Assembly (NCBI RefSeq): GCF_001447785.1
Contig: NW_015164211.1
Coordinates: 62,001-126,000 of the forward strand
DNA length: 64,000 nucleotides
Reading direction: 5' to 3'
From: Gekko japonicus
Taxonomy: Eukaryota
Below the pieces are notes generated by a model, which searched no databases, was not told the origin of the DNA, and worked only from the letters and a program-made list of their open reading frames with translations. Each line of letters starts with the position of its first letter. Position 1 is the first letter of the stretch. A program made the translations under genes and the position numbers. This document shows positions 13,370 to 26,424 of the stretch, piece by piece.

Positions 13370-13459
13370 CTTGGCTTTATTTTTGAAGATAGACTTAGGA
13401 AGATGGTTGTAATTGAGGTGTGTGGCCACAATCCTTGGAGATGGGAACTGTTTCATCCT
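13370..13459 (-). CDS. SULT6B1: SULT6B1 coding exon 3
   Basis: RMKQFPSPRIVATHLNYNHLPKSIFKNKAK, catalytic His in ATHL; 90 nt; GTAAGT donor. Confidence 0.95.
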
Positions 13460-13835
13460 CTTTTTAAAAACAGAAATGTAATATAGTTGTACATACATAA
13501 CAGTAATTTGCTTTGTGTTCACATATCATATTCATATACTAATCCAAAGGCATTTGGAATAAGTAAGATTCTCTTGAAAAAACTTGGTGACCCACCAAGC
13601 TGAATGTGAGTATCCCAGCTTGCAGGTGCTTAATAGCCACCCTGTATCTATAATCCAAGACAGACCACCAAGCCAGGGTAGTTTGTGAGGCCTTAGTGGG
13701 CTGCAATAAAGGAATGGTCAAATACTTTGACTTGGTAGGTCACAAGTCAGGTGGACCTGCTCCAGAAATACTGGCTGCCAGTGCTGCTGTCTTTCATCTG
13801 ACCTGGAGGGGTCGAGGATTCTGCAACATACTGAC

Positions 13836-13948
13836 CTGAAACTTTTCAGGATCTCCACATTCAATGAAAGGCAGTTCTGCATTCTCATGTTTAGTTTGCA
13901 AAGTTGTGACAATCAGATCATTCACAATTTGAATCAGCCAATTAATAC
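13836..13948 (-). CDS. SULT6B1: SULT6B1 coding exon 2
   Basis: (G)INWLIQIVNDLIVTTLQTKHENAELPFIECGDPEKFQ; CTAG acceptor, GTCAGT donor; 113 nt, phase consistent. Confidence 0.93.
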
Positions 13949-15436
13949 CTAGAACAAAAAAGAATTTAAAATAACAGTAGGATTTAAAAATCACATGCTT
14001 CTTGGGCAAAGTAAATTGTACCTGGATATGTTGGAACACAAATGCTGCCAAGCTACACCAGAGCCTTTCAGTTCAATAGGTTTACCATAGGCTGTGCTGA
14101 GAACTTGAGTATTAACTAGAACGCGGACAGGGCTGGTTAATGTAGATAGGAGTTTAAGCACACAGATTCTTTCAGTTGTTGGAAGCTGAATTAGATGGTT
14201 CAGAAAGGACTGCTCCACAAATGTAATGGGGATGTCTGCACTGGGCAGTTTCAAATTTACAGCAATGGGGAAACCTTGGTTGCCACAGAAACTCTATGTA
14301 CATTTCACAACACTTAAGGAAGTGACAGACCAGATTATTTATCTTATAATTCAAAGCAACTTATTTTAAAACATTACAAAAAATAGCTTAAATGACAAAT
14401 AAACATTGCCACTTTCTCAGTGGTGGAAGTGAGCAAAGAGGAGCTGGTGTGGAGTACAAGCACAAACTGTGGAAAGAAAGAAATATGGTCACACACCCCA
14501 GTGATTTTGTCCTGGAATGGTAGGCCAGGTTGTTGGGCCAAGAGATGTTAAGGCCTTTATGGAAATTCAGGAAGCCAGCTCCTTAACTGTAAATTATTAG
14601 AAGGCACATTATGCATGCTCAGACTTTTTTTTTTTAATTACACTGTACCTTTTCCTATCTTTTTTTTTTTCTTTAAAGAAGGGTCACAGGAGTGTGATAT
14701 TGAAGGGATGGGGCTATAGCACCAAAACCAAGGATACCTGCAGAAGAATTTTTCTCCTTATTCTGCTGCACTTAATAATGTTTATGCTTGCCCATATTTC
14801 AGAAATAAATCATGTTAGTTCTGAACCATTCATAACAATTGATTGAAATTTCAATTTAAATATCTGGCATCTCTAAAGGATTTTTTAACTTATGAATTTT
14901 ACATTGGCAGGATCTCTTACCCTAGTATATATTAAATTTTTAAGTTGGTCTTTTATGATCAGGTAGTTACTTGTAATACTGAACACTCTACTGTCACTTC
15001 AAGATAGGCAATGTTTAAATTATTATTAATAGTATTATTTGTATAGGCAGATTCCAGTCATGAAGAGGCTGAAGAAATCATTTGAAGACAAAGATATCAG
15101 TACAACATGCAATCATATTGTTTCTGTACATGAGTCCAAACTGAATTTGAAAGTGTGTTAAAACTATGTAATGCATTTTTATTTGTGCCAACTTTTTTTT
15201 CCTGCCAGCTTCACTGCACAAACTTCCTTAACACACTTTTATTTAAACTGTTACATGGGACATTATTACCAAGACAGTTTTCTATTGCCATGGGACACTT
15301 CACAGCCTAATGAGGATACACATTGATAGCACTTTTAAATGATCATATAACATTTCATACCCTATTAAAACGATTTACCACAGATCACTGCTTGATCTTT
15401 TCAATACTTTTTCCACTGCTGGGTTAAATTAATGTT

Positions 15437-15947
15437 AAGAAGAAGAGATTGGATTTATACCCCCCCCTTCACTACCCAAAGGAGTCTCAGGCCCCGGTCA
15501 CACGGGAGGCTTTGATCCATGAGAGGGACAGGTCGGGGGGAGCAAGTGGACGCGATCACACCACAACATCTGGGAAGCGACGCGCACCCGTCCCTGATCC
15601 ACGGCATCTGATCGTGCCGGGGAGCAACTGTGCAGCGGCTCAGGGGATCTGTCTGATCCCGCCGCCGCGCGTCTCTTTTGATGTGGCTCAAAAAAGCTGC
15701 ACTTCAGCCCCACCTTTCCCCCTCAGAGCGGCCTACAAACTCCTTTCCCTTCCCCTCCCCCCAACAGACTCCCTGTGAGGTAGGTGGGGCTGAGAGAGCT
15801 CTAAAAGAAACTGCTCTTTTTCAAGGACAGCTCTTATCAGAACTATGGCTTGCCCAAGGTCATCCAGCCAGGTGCAAGTGGAGGAGTGGGGAATCAAACC
15901 CGGTTCTCCCAGATTAGAGTCCGTGCACTTAACCACTACACCAAACT
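15437..15947 (-). mobile_element. Squam3-like tRNA SINE with a nested truncated Harbinger-like MITE (about 15490-15720)
   Basis: (CTT)n tail and tRNA-like A/B boxes on the minus strand; insert begins GGCCCCGGTCACACGG, the TIR of 23071-23436. Confidence 0.75.
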
Positions 15948-16193
15948 AGTAACCATGGCTGTAGAGGTGGTCTAGAACAGAGGGTTTGGGTTTCAACTGA
16001 ATCAGAAAGGCGTTATACCTTTGTAAGCCATTTAAACTGCTATAATTGACAGTTTAAATGTCATACAATTTCAGCAGTCCTATTTAACATCTTCACTTAT
16101 TTAACATTAAACGTGACACTTTGCTCCTCCCCCCCCCCTCCCAATCACATCATTGCTGTATGATTCCAGGAAATAACTTAAGGTCGTATTCAC

Positions 16194-16389
16194 CACATTT
16201 GGGATAAGACACCAGCACCAAATCATCATTTCTGGCTTCAAAATTCTCCAGGGCTTGGAATGTTTCTGCGCTGCATACAGTAACGGGATAGAGAGTCCCC
16301 TGGTAGCAAAACAGAAGCTCCTTGAGGTTAAGGCCTTTGGATTTTTCCAAGGCTTTTTCTATTTCTTCTGTAAACGTTTTCTCAGTCAT
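16194..16389 (-). CDS. SULT6B1: Sulfotransferase 6B1, coding exon 1
   Basis: MTEKTFTEEIEKALEKSK...FEARNDDLVLVSYPKC(G); ATG at 16389, donor GTGAAT; 196 nt; matches the SULT6B1 N-terminus and 5'-PSB motif. Confidence 0.95.
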
Positions 16390-17399
16390 GCTTGCTTCTT
16401 CTGTTGTGAGATACTGCAGTTCTGTTAGGATAACAAATGCCTTTAAAAGGGTATTTTGATGGGCGGAGTAATCAATCTTAGTACCAGGCTTTTGTATTTA
16501 ATTCCTTTTACAATCAAGCCAGACAGATCAACTTCCTTATCTCCTCCCTTTCTATTCTCCTATAGAGAAAACTGAGCCACTTCTCTGACTCTAAGAACTG
16601 AAAAGAGGGTTTATGCTTTGCAAGCAATCCACATTAAAGTCAGGTAACGTTGCCATGATGATTTGAAAAGTCAAACAGATACAAAAAAGAAATTGCTTGG
16701 TTGACATAGCAAACAATATATTATATTCAGAGTTACATAATTTTAAAAGGAGGAAGTTTCTCATGGAGTAATCAGTGGCTTCATAATAACAGGCTTTGGT
16801 TTAATACTGCATGTTTAATGCTCCTTTCCATCTCAAGATTACCTTGTATTCCTGCAAAGGAAAACACTACCTGTGTTTCAGCAGGAAAAACAAAAGAGTA
16901 AATTTGAAAAAGGTGCAGTAGTAAAAGCCATATCGGATTCTTCCTGCCAGTAACTTTGTGGGAGGCTGTTCTTATAGTCATCCCAGCAGCCACTGATGTA
17001 GCTAAAACCACCCACTCTAGATTGTCCACCTAAGGCTCCATCATTCTGGATTTGCACACAAGAAATCGCTTTGCTGGATTACAGCAAGCACCTTTTTGTC
17101 AAATGCCGTTTCCAGTGGTCATTTATGTGCTACGAGAAGATCACACGCCTGTCCCTTTGTGTCTCTAGCATCAAGCAGTGAAGTGGTACACACTGCTTCT
17201 AATCGCGGAGTCTTTTATATACGCTTTTCTCTTGAGGTTTGTGGTTTGCAGAGAGGACGCTAACCCTGAAATGATCACTAACACTGGTATTACTTTCTAT
17301 CAGACTTTAAGCAAAAGGCGGTGATGATGTTGCATCATGGTGAAAAGGTGTGAGCCCTTTAGGGTACATCGGTCCCAGAGTATAACCGACACAGACATT

Positions 17400-17810
17400 T
17401 AGCTGACATGCCTACTGCACGTCAGAGGAAGAGATGAGGCGAGCAACTGCACTCCGGCGCCCCTAAAGGGTGCTGCGCTTGCTCAGACACTTTGCCATGC
17501 TTGGCGCAGGCGCCGCTCTCGCTCAACCTCTGAAAAGGAGGCGGAGAGAACAATACTGCGCCAAGGGCTTTGAGATTGGTGGTGCGCACGTGATCCCAGC
17601 TGTAAAGGCCGCGTGGGCATTTGGAACATGGGAGAGTGGTTAAGGTACGTCGTGGTCTCAGCAGTTGCTGCGTGCTAAAGGACTCAGCGTTGCCTCACGG
17701 CCGGGTGAAACAATAGGCATGAGGCGCGGCTTCCATGACGTTTCGCTTCCGGGTCGTCTCCGATAAAGCCGAGCCCAGGGGATGAGGCTGACTGAGAGAG
17801 AGTAAGCAAC
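17400..17810 (+). promoter_or_regulatory. CpG-island promoter and probable non-coding exon 1 of CEBPZOS
   Basis: CpG-dense with no terminal repeats seen; ETS motif CTTCCGG near 17746, TGACG half-CRE, candidate donor GTAAGC at 17802; lies upstream of the CEBPZOS coding exons. Confidence 0.65.
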
Positions 17811-18149
17811 TAGCATTTTAAGGAAGGATGGACTGTTAAGCCGTGTATCTTTAGCTGGACAGAGACTCCCTTGTTTGCTACGGAAAATGGGGTAGAGCTC
17901 CGCTTTGGAGATCAAGCCGCTCTTAAACCGAAGTTATTTCCGTACAGGAAATTGCAGGGAATCTCAGGCTCTCGTGTGATTTCAATGCATACTTGTCTCG
18001 TCCATGGATATGTACAGCAAAATAGACCCGGGTTCATTCCATGCAGTTTTCGTCACAGAAATGACTTCATTTCCTATCAGTTATACCACCACTTTATTCT
18101 GGAGTCAATAATAATATACATGCGTGAATTAATCTTATATAACCAGCAC

Positions 18150-18358
18150 CGCCCTGACCTGTCTGTCTCGGGCTAGTTTGATCTAGTCACATCTCTGAAG
18201 CTAAGCAGGGTGGGCCCTGGTTGGTATTTGGATGGACCACCATAGAAGTCCAGGCTTACTATGCAGCGGCAGGCAATGGCAAACCATCTTTGAACTTCTC
18301 TTGCTTTGAAAATCCCTGAGGGGTCGCCATAAGTTGGATGTGACTTGGCAAATTTACA
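18150..18358 (+). mobile_element. 5S rRNA-derived SINE with RTE/BovB-type tail
   Basis: TCTCTGAAGCTAAGCAGGGTGGGCCCTGGTTGGTATTTGGATGG matches the 5S internal control region; followed by GGCAATGGCAAACC...GGGGTCGCCATAAG; second copy at 30957-31170. Confidence 0.7.
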
Positions 18359-18585
18359 CTCCGTCACAACTAGTGTAACATCTAACATACCGCATAATGG
18401 CCCCTAAGCAGACTCAAGCTTTGCCATGTCCCTTGGGGGGTAAATTTAGGTGAGCAATATGTATTTGTATTACACCTTAGAGGATTCATGTTATTTAGCA
18501 AGATACCAGTAGTTTTTATAACAACTCTGTAAGATAGTTCATTATCATCCTGAAATTCCAGGGGTGAAGTGGAAATCTGTGTGTG

Positions 18586-18678
18586 AAGATCAAATTTTGA
18601 GTCCAGTGGCACCTTTAAGACCAACAAAAGTTTATTCAAGGTATGAGCTTCCGTGTGCACGCACACTTCCTCAGATAA
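18586..18678 (-). mobile_element. Penelope-derived short element with hammerhead-like motif
   Basis: Minus strand TATCTGAGGAAGTGTGCGTGCACACGGAAGCTCATAC, followed by the AATAAA-containing tail shared with 49570-49678 and 61955-62036. Confidence 0.65.
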
Positions 18679-20148
18679 AAGATGTGTGTAGTAGAGATGA
18701 ATGAAATCTTTAGCTGACACAAGAATTGAACAGAGGATTTCCAGTTCAATCTCTGCATTGTTCCCCCAGCAGCATGTTGTGAAACAATGTGTATTGTGCT
18801 GGTGTTGCATAAAGGGCCATAGGCATTCAATATTGTAAGGAAAGAATTGGCGCTTCTAAGTGGGTTAAGAGGTAGGGACACTTAGAGCCAAATAACTTTG
18901 CTAAGTCAATTGTACGGGAAGGAAGCTTCACTGCCTTCTCGACTCTCCCCCGTCCCAATATTATCAGTACAACTTTAACATATGCTGCACCATCCACACA
19001 GTCAAAAGACAATACATAGACAGCATTTATGTCCAAGTATGAGTTCTCTTGACAGAACAAAATGAAAGCAAAATGTATCTTGTGGCACTGTGAAACCTCA
19101 ACCAGTAAGTTTGGGCAGTTGATCTACAAGCACTGGTTTCAGCAGGTTCTTCCCCATGTGTGCCTTTCCTCTGCATTTTCACAGCTGTAGAGTCCACACA
19201 TGCCTTCACTAATGAGGGTTTTCAAGGTAGGGTGGTGGTGTCATTGGTATCAGCACACAGACTTTTCTAAAAACAGCACTAAAATGTTTAAACGTTGCTA
19301 GAGTTGGAACAGTAGGCTTAAGCAGGTTCTCTGAATCTACAGCTTTCATTGAAAAAAGTCTCTATGCTGGAGATATCAGGAAAAGGACATATCTCCATGA
19401 GGGTGGGGGATAGAGACTTTTTTTCTTTAAATGAAAGCCAGAAATTCAGAGAACCTGCTAAACCTATTTTTCCATTCAGTAAGACTTGATTTAGATCATG
19501 GTCTTCTACATAAAGGCTCATTCTTTCTGGTCTTAATATTTACAACTCAGATAAAGGTTTCATTTTAGTATCATAACTTTTCAGGTTAGTTTTAGTTATA
19601 TCAGAAAATTAATGATTGGTTATTTACCACTTGAAATAGATAATTATGATAATTATGAAACTATTGCAAGGAGAAAAATAATCATTAACAATAACCATTT
19701 AATTATTTTTTTAACTAAAACGTTATATAGCATATGTATTCTCGTATTTGCTTAAACTTCCATGAGGATACACTCACAAAGATCTCCGCATTCAATACTG
19801 TAAGGAAAGAATTGGGTTAAGAGGTATGGACACTATGTTGTTGTTGTTCCGCCGTCCTCTGAAGATCTCAAGATTTCTAGAGTATTGTGCTCAAGAGTTT
19901 CACTTTCATTTTTACTGCTAGCCTCCCCCTCCTCTGCTTAGCTCTTAACATCTCCTCCTTGTCCAGACCTATTCCACCCCGAAACAATCTTACATTCATT
20001 GAACTTCTCGAAACTTAGTACTTAAGAGAAAAGGGGGTGATTCTTTATGTATAGATTTGCAGAGGACTGATAGGACTGAGGTCTGTTAACTCCATATGTT
20101 TATTTTATAACATTTTTGCTGTGAAGGAGAGGCATGTGATCTCTGCAG

Positions 20149-20521
20149 TAGGGTTGCCATTCCCCAGACAGGGGCAGGGGTTTACCCGCTTTTGGGGGCC
20201 CCGATCTGCAGCCCCCAAGCCAGCCAATGGGGGAACCCCACCCCCAAAGAGCCCCGTCTGCACCAACGTGCCCGGCATAATGACATCACCTAGAGGTGAC
20301 GTCATCACACAGGATACGTTGCAGGGGGACACTGTCAATTGAGGAAAAACTCTATGGTTATTATAGAGTTTTCCCTCAAACAATAGAGCTTCCCCCTGCA
20401 TGATGACATCACTTCTGGGTGATGTCATCGTGGTGTGCACACTTTGCGCGTATGCCAAAAACTCCAGGGGACTAAGAGGGAGCCCCCCCACTCGACAGCC
20501 AGGTAAGACTTGGCAACCCTA
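20149..20521. mobile_element. hAT-type MITE (same family as 6379-6721)
   Basis: TAGGGTTGCCA...TGGCAACCCTA with perfect 8-bp TSD CTCTGCAG. Confidence 0.9.
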
Positions 20522-21125
20522 CTCTGCAGACACAAATTCATAGTTTTGAGAACTGTATAAACAAGCTTCTGCAATATCTTCTAGACAGAAAAATTGCCCA
20601 ATAATCTTACAAAAACCTCTGGAAGCGCATGACATTGTGAATGGATTAATGGAATTCATTTGCCAAACCCCATTTCCCCCTTAAAAGATGGTCAGGTGTA
20701 TGAAGTCTTGCTTTGCAGGTATATTAAAAAATGGTAAACAATGGGTTAAAAGACCATGAAATGTAATAGGTATTGTTTGTGACATTTCTGTGCAGAATTC
20801 AAAATGATGGTTCATAGCTGTAACTGGTAATAAATAATGCTTCTGCTATCTATTTACTTGGCTTAAACAATTCAATGTTTATAATGTTTAAGGTGTCCAT
20901 TTTCTGATGAATGCATTAAATCTGTTGGTAACTTAACACAGGGATCTCCATTAGGTATATAGATAGCAGAAGGGCATTCTTACTAAACAATGGTATATAT
21001 TGCATTAGAGGGAAGAGAAGGAGAATTAACACAGTGAAAAAACAGACATGGCTGTTCTGTGATAATGCCTGAATACTTTTTTTGGTAGTGAATGAGTTGC
21101 CCATCTACTGGAAGCTTGCTGCACA

Positions 21126-21231
21126 ATGAATCCTCTTCTGGCAAAAAAGATCCTCAAAGGAGTTTTAATCTTGGAAGTTTTTGGATTTGGTGGAGCCTAT
21201 ATGCTATATTACAAAATGGACACAAGTCAAG
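21126..21231 (+). CDS. CEBPZOS: CEBPZOS microprotein, first coding exon
   Basis: MNPLLAKKILKGVLILEVFGFGGAYMLYYKMDTSQ(D), homologous to the recalled human [32 protein letters not shown]; donor GTAAAG. Not present in the ORF track. Confidence 0.92.
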
Positions 21232-23070
21232 GTAAAGGGATGATCATGAAGAATAGGTTTCTGTCAGTGTAAGGGGTGATTGGAAAATTTGGAATCAGAA
21301 GAACTTTTGATAGTTTCCAATTTGTTTCTTAGTCAGAAGATAATCGAATGTAGTTCCGTTGCCAGGACTTTACAAACAAATCTAGGAACTTCAGTATATA
21401 CTTTTTACCCAAATCTTGTGATGGTAAATGTTTACTTGGTTATTTTGGTCTTTTATTTTTCACATGACAGTGTGTTCCTCCAGCACAAGATCCTTCCTCC
21501 TAGGCTTTTTCTGCTGGTGAAAGAAATTCTTGTGGCAGACAGTCTCCTTGCGCTAGAGGAATGTGTATCTATTGAGCAGAGTGACAGGATACCCACTGTA
21601 ACTTCCAACATTATACAGACTAAGGCTGCGGTCACATGGAGCATTAGGCACGCTAGAGGGACGGAAGATAGGCGGATTTTCCGGGCGCTGATTCTTCAAA
21701 AGTTACTTTGCGGTGTCACTCTGATGCGCCTGTCACAGTAATCAAGAAATGCTTTTGGACCCCTTCTAAACATAGTCAAAAGAGCTATTCTGATTTTGAA
21801 AATGAAGTTTGATTTTGAAACGAAGCGGTCAGCTTCTGATTCTAGATCAAGGATTAGATTAGGATCTAGAGCCAGAAGTAGATTGAAGTAGACTAGAATT
21901 CAGCACTTTAGAATTTTGGGGATGGGTAATGGGCACCACTATAAATTGGGTTCCACATACAGCAGACACAGAATGGGTTCTTTGGTGTGCTGAGGCAATC
22001 TCAAATTGTTGGGAAGTTCCAGGTCAAGCATTCCCCTACGATGGTGAATGGGTGCTTCTGCAGACAAAAAGGTGGCACCTGAGTTCTTCTGAAGCACCTC
22101 CTGCTCCAGTGAAGTACCTTTCTTCTTCTGAAGCACCTCCTGCTCCAGCGAGATGGAGGAAAGCCAGGAATAGCTTCTGCTTTGGGGAAGAGATGGTGTG
22201 TTGAAGCAGCAAATGAGCACCAGGAAACTCTAGTGGGTGCAGTGATACCCATGGGCACCACATTGGGAAACACTGTCCTCTAAAATAGGGGAGTTGTAAT
22301 GTAACACTATATTATTGATAGTGCCAGTCATTCATTTTACATAGCACTTGGTTCCATTCTCACTTTTAGTCACTGATTCTACCAAAAGAATGTCAGGGGG
22401 TGTTATAGGAAACTTATACACTAGCTGATTTTTTTTTTGGATTTGCAGCTATCACATTCGAGGCTTCTTTCATGCATCAGCTGGCCAAGATAAAGCTTTT
22501 TCACGGTACCAACCAACCTTGTAAATCACGTTCGCTATTCTTTTCCAACATATTTGGATAGGAAGTTCTCAGAATACACTCTGAGGAACTAATATAGTAG
22601 TGCCACAGGGCATTAGTGGGACATTTGGCACAGCAAGCAATAAGAGTGAGTAATTGCATCATGCCTTAAGCCAAATTTCAAAAACTGAGCCAGGTTATGA
22701 CAAGTACTAATATGCCACCTGGCCAGCAAGTCACCGTATGTCCACCAACTATACCCCGCCCCTGATTATGTAATGGTTTCACTTGATAGTCTCGTGAGTT
22801 CATCCTTTCATGCACCCAAGAGCTTGGTTACCTTCTGGGAACACATGGTTAGCCAGTCACAGCTTTCTAAATGAAAAGTTCCTAAAGTAACAGGCCTTGC
22901 TATGGAGATATGAATTTGGGCACTTTCTCCGAGCTGAATACACCCCTAAGAGATCGGTCCCTTTAAACACCTTCTCCAAGTGGTGTGCGAACTGCCTCCT
23001 GGAGAAAATGTCCAAGGAGCTAAAAAATGCAGCAATCCTGATTACTTCCTGAATCCCAATACCATACTGG

Positions 23071-23436
23071 GGATCTGGTCACACGGGCTGGATATCGCGG
23101 GAGGGAGGCGTGGCTAATTGCCCCGGCGCAGTTTGATCCACGATTACGCGATCAGACCCGCCGGCGGCACACCATGGGTCCTTCCCTCGGCGCCAGCAGG
23201 TAAACGAGGGATCGGAGGGGAATGCCACGCGCCGGCGCAATCACACCACGGGAATCTGGAGGCAGCCCGTGGCAGACGTTTACTAGTACTTTGGAGGTAC
23301 TACTTTTTTAACGCGCATTTTCGGCTGTAAGCCACGAGTGCGCTCCACTTCCCAGATGTTGGGGTGTGATCGCGCCTGGATAATCCGCCCACTATCCGTG
23401 CCTCTCCCGCGGCAACTTTGCCGTGTGACCGGGGCC
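23071..23436. mobile_element. Harbinger-like MITE nested in another DNA-element remnant
   Basis: TIR core GGTCACACGG at both ends; 3-bp flanks TGG/TGA. Confidence 0.7.
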
Positions 23437-24616
23437 TGATATTGGTATTCAGGAATATCAGGAAATACCGATATTTTTCAGGTTCAATATACCCAAACCT
23501 GAAAAATACTGTTATTGTTGTTTGGTGCACATCCCTAATATGAATAGCCACCAGGGGCGATGCTGCTCTCTTCAAATACAAAAAATTCTACCCCACCCAC
23601 CCAGACTAGTGATACTATGAGGCTCTATAGTTCCAACCTTGGAGACTGCTCCCAAGCAATAATCTTGCTTAATTTATTTCACAGTTCTGACCAGTGGGAC
23701 AGACTTAAGAAGCCTGCTTTGTCTAGACTGAATATTTCTATTGTATTGACAAAGCTTGGTACAATACTTATGCTATCTATGACTTCCTCATCTCATACCA
23801 CTGAATATATCAGCTCAGCTCAAATGTACAGGCAGCCCATGCTATGTGAACATATAGGGGGAATACTCAGAGCAATGTACCTTGCTTTAATTAGTTATTT
23901 CTGTTGTCAGTGGAAACTGTAACTTACTGTTACCACACGTACATAACTTACTATTACCACACTTACCATCAACCTATGGTACGTACTTTCACCGTAAACC
24001 AACCAGGATTCTAAACTGGGAACAGGAAACCATGGTTTTGAATACTTGTTTGCAGAAAAAGCCTAAAGCACCGTTTGGCAGTTCAGACACAGCAGCAAAC
24101 TATAGGGTGCTGTGAAAGTTCAAGTAGTCAGCTGGCCTCATGTGAGCACAGGAGATATGCAAGTTCAAGGATCAGCCTTGGAGTGACAAACCACATTTGC
24201 AATTACATCTGAACTAAGTCATTTGGAAACAGTTTAATACAGTGGGTGAGAGCCAGGTTAGTCAGAATGTTGGACACCAGGGAGACCCTAGTTGAAATCC
24301 CTGCATGCCATTAGTCACAGAATGATCATAGAGCAAACAGACTCTCTGAGCCTAGACTACCTCACAGGGTTGTTATGAAGTTAAACAGGAAAAAGAGAGA
24401 ACCCTGTGTGCTGCCTCAGGCTCCTCAGAGGAAGGGCAAGATAAAAATGCACTAAATAAATACATAAAATAAGTAGATATTTCAGAGGCAGTGTAGGTAT
24501 TTATGAGTAATAACAAAACTAGGAACACATGAAGTGGTAAGTGGGTAATTGCTGTAACTAAAATCTGCTGCCATTCACCGTTAGACACAGTCTTCAGAAA
24601 GTTTTCATTTTCTCAG

Positions 24617-24661
24617 ATTTCAGGCAAAAAATGAAAAGGAGATACCCATCTATCCTGAAAG
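24617..24661 (+). CDS. CEBPZOS: CEBPZOS second coding exon
   Basis: (D)FRQKMKRRYPSILK(V); TTTCTCAG acceptor, GTATGT donor; 45 nt. Confidence 0.93.
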
Positions 24662-24758
24662 GTATGTTTGACCTGCTTATAATATAGTGTGTTCCCATTT
24701 CCCCCTCCATTTTACTGCAAATTAAAATATAGCAGAACGTTTCTCCCCTCAGAATTAG

Positions 24759-24920
<162 letters not shown>

Positions 24921-25001
24921 CCGTAAGTNNNNNNNNNNNNNNNNNNNNNNNNNNNNNNNNNNNNNNNNNNNNNNNNNNNNNNNNNNNNNNNNNNNNNNNN
25001 N

Positions 25002-25110
25002 TTTTTCAGTGGTTTGTGCTGGAACTTCTTTTTCTGCCTGATGATACTTTTCACATCTTTATTGTGAATCCATCTGTCACGCTCTGCCTCCCACTTGAGC
25101 TGTTTGAAAT
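25002..25110 (-). CDS. CEBPZ: CEBPZ exon 16 (last; stop lies in N gap 24929-25001)
   Basis: (N)FKQLKWEAERDRWIHNKDVKSIIRQKKKFQHKPLK; CTAG acceptor. Confidence 0.93.
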
Positions 25111-25407
25111 CTAGTGAAGAAAGATACAGAGCAAATCAGAGAAGCTGGAAAATAGTCATATCCTTTGAAAAACCTGATACTAAGATCTTGAACAGATTCA
25201 GAAACTACTGCCTAAGCCAAGAATTTCAAAAGGCATCAATAAAGCATAAATGACTAGTTTCTTGGTATCTTCCTTCTTCACTAAACAAAACCACATAATA
25301 TTTTATGTTATAAATTCTACAAAAGTTGGTTTTATGCATAATTGAATAATTTGAAATGTTTTCATAACAGACATTATCAAACTTTATCAAGACAAGTAAT
25401 TAGATCT

Positions 25408-26000
25408 TATTTATTTGTTTATATTTATTTATTTATTTTTACACTTATATCCCGCCCTCCCCAGTGGGCTCAGGGCGGCTAACAGAGGCCAGATCATTAG
25501 TCTAGCCATAAATAAAAACATATAAAAACAATAAAAACATCAAAACTAAGACCAAAGTGCTCTATCCAGTTACTAGTGTCCTAGATCCAAGATGGTATCC
25601 CCACGACTCGAGCTAGTATTCTCAGCGTACACATCCAGTGGCGACGGCCTATCCGATCTTCTGTAATTCTAAGTTCTTCCTAGGGCTTCGTCGATGCATC
25701 CATTCAGATGTCTTAACAGTGGTGGTATAGTAGGGCGGCGGCTCCTACTCAAAAGCCTGGTGGAAGAGCTCTGTCTTACAGGCCCTGCGGAACTGCTCAA
25801 GGTCCTGCAGGGCCCGGATATCCTCCGGAAGCTCATTCCACCAAGTAGGAGCCGCCACCGAAAAAGCCCTAGCCCAGGTCACAGCCAGTTTGACATCCTT
25901 GGGGCCCGGTATAACCAATAGATTTTGGGCTCCTGACCGAAGTGCTCTTGGGGGAACGTGAGGTAAGGTGGTCCCTCAGGTAGGCTGGACCCTGACCATA
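25408..26000 (-). mobile_element. L2-type LINE 3' fragment
   Basis: (AAAT)n tail and GGGCGGGATATAA terminus on the minus strand; homologous to 44225-44646 and 58457-58837. Confidence 0.7.
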
Positions 26001-26424
26001 CAATATATGCAACTAACCACTGAGCTTCTAAGGCCAGAATTTATGAAATCCGTTCCATTTTTTTGCACACATATTTCGTCTATTACTGTTTTAGACTTGT
26101 GTGTTTGACCACTGCTACCATTCTAAAACAATTAACCTACTACATGTTGGTAATAACCCCCCTTAGGAATGAGTCCCATTATATCAAGTGGAAAATTCAA
26201 TCCTATCATCATATATACTCTAGTATACACTACCTACTTTCCCAAAGTTTCCATGAACAAACTTAAGAAGAGTTCCAAACACATGATTTTATCAACACTG
26301 TATTAATAGAACCCCCAAACTCAGAATTCCTGTGACTTCAGTTTCCATTTTATTGGTCTTTTGTATCTAATAAGGTTTCTTGCAGTGTACAGTGAGATGT
26401 GATCACTCCAGCTTTGGAGAGCAG

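Noticed and set aside
18150-18245. 5S rRNA gene
   Set aside because: Partial, diverged and fused to a SINE tail.
21280-21741. 153-aa ORF in a CEBPZOS intron
   Set aside because: Non-ATG start, no recognisable domain or splice support.
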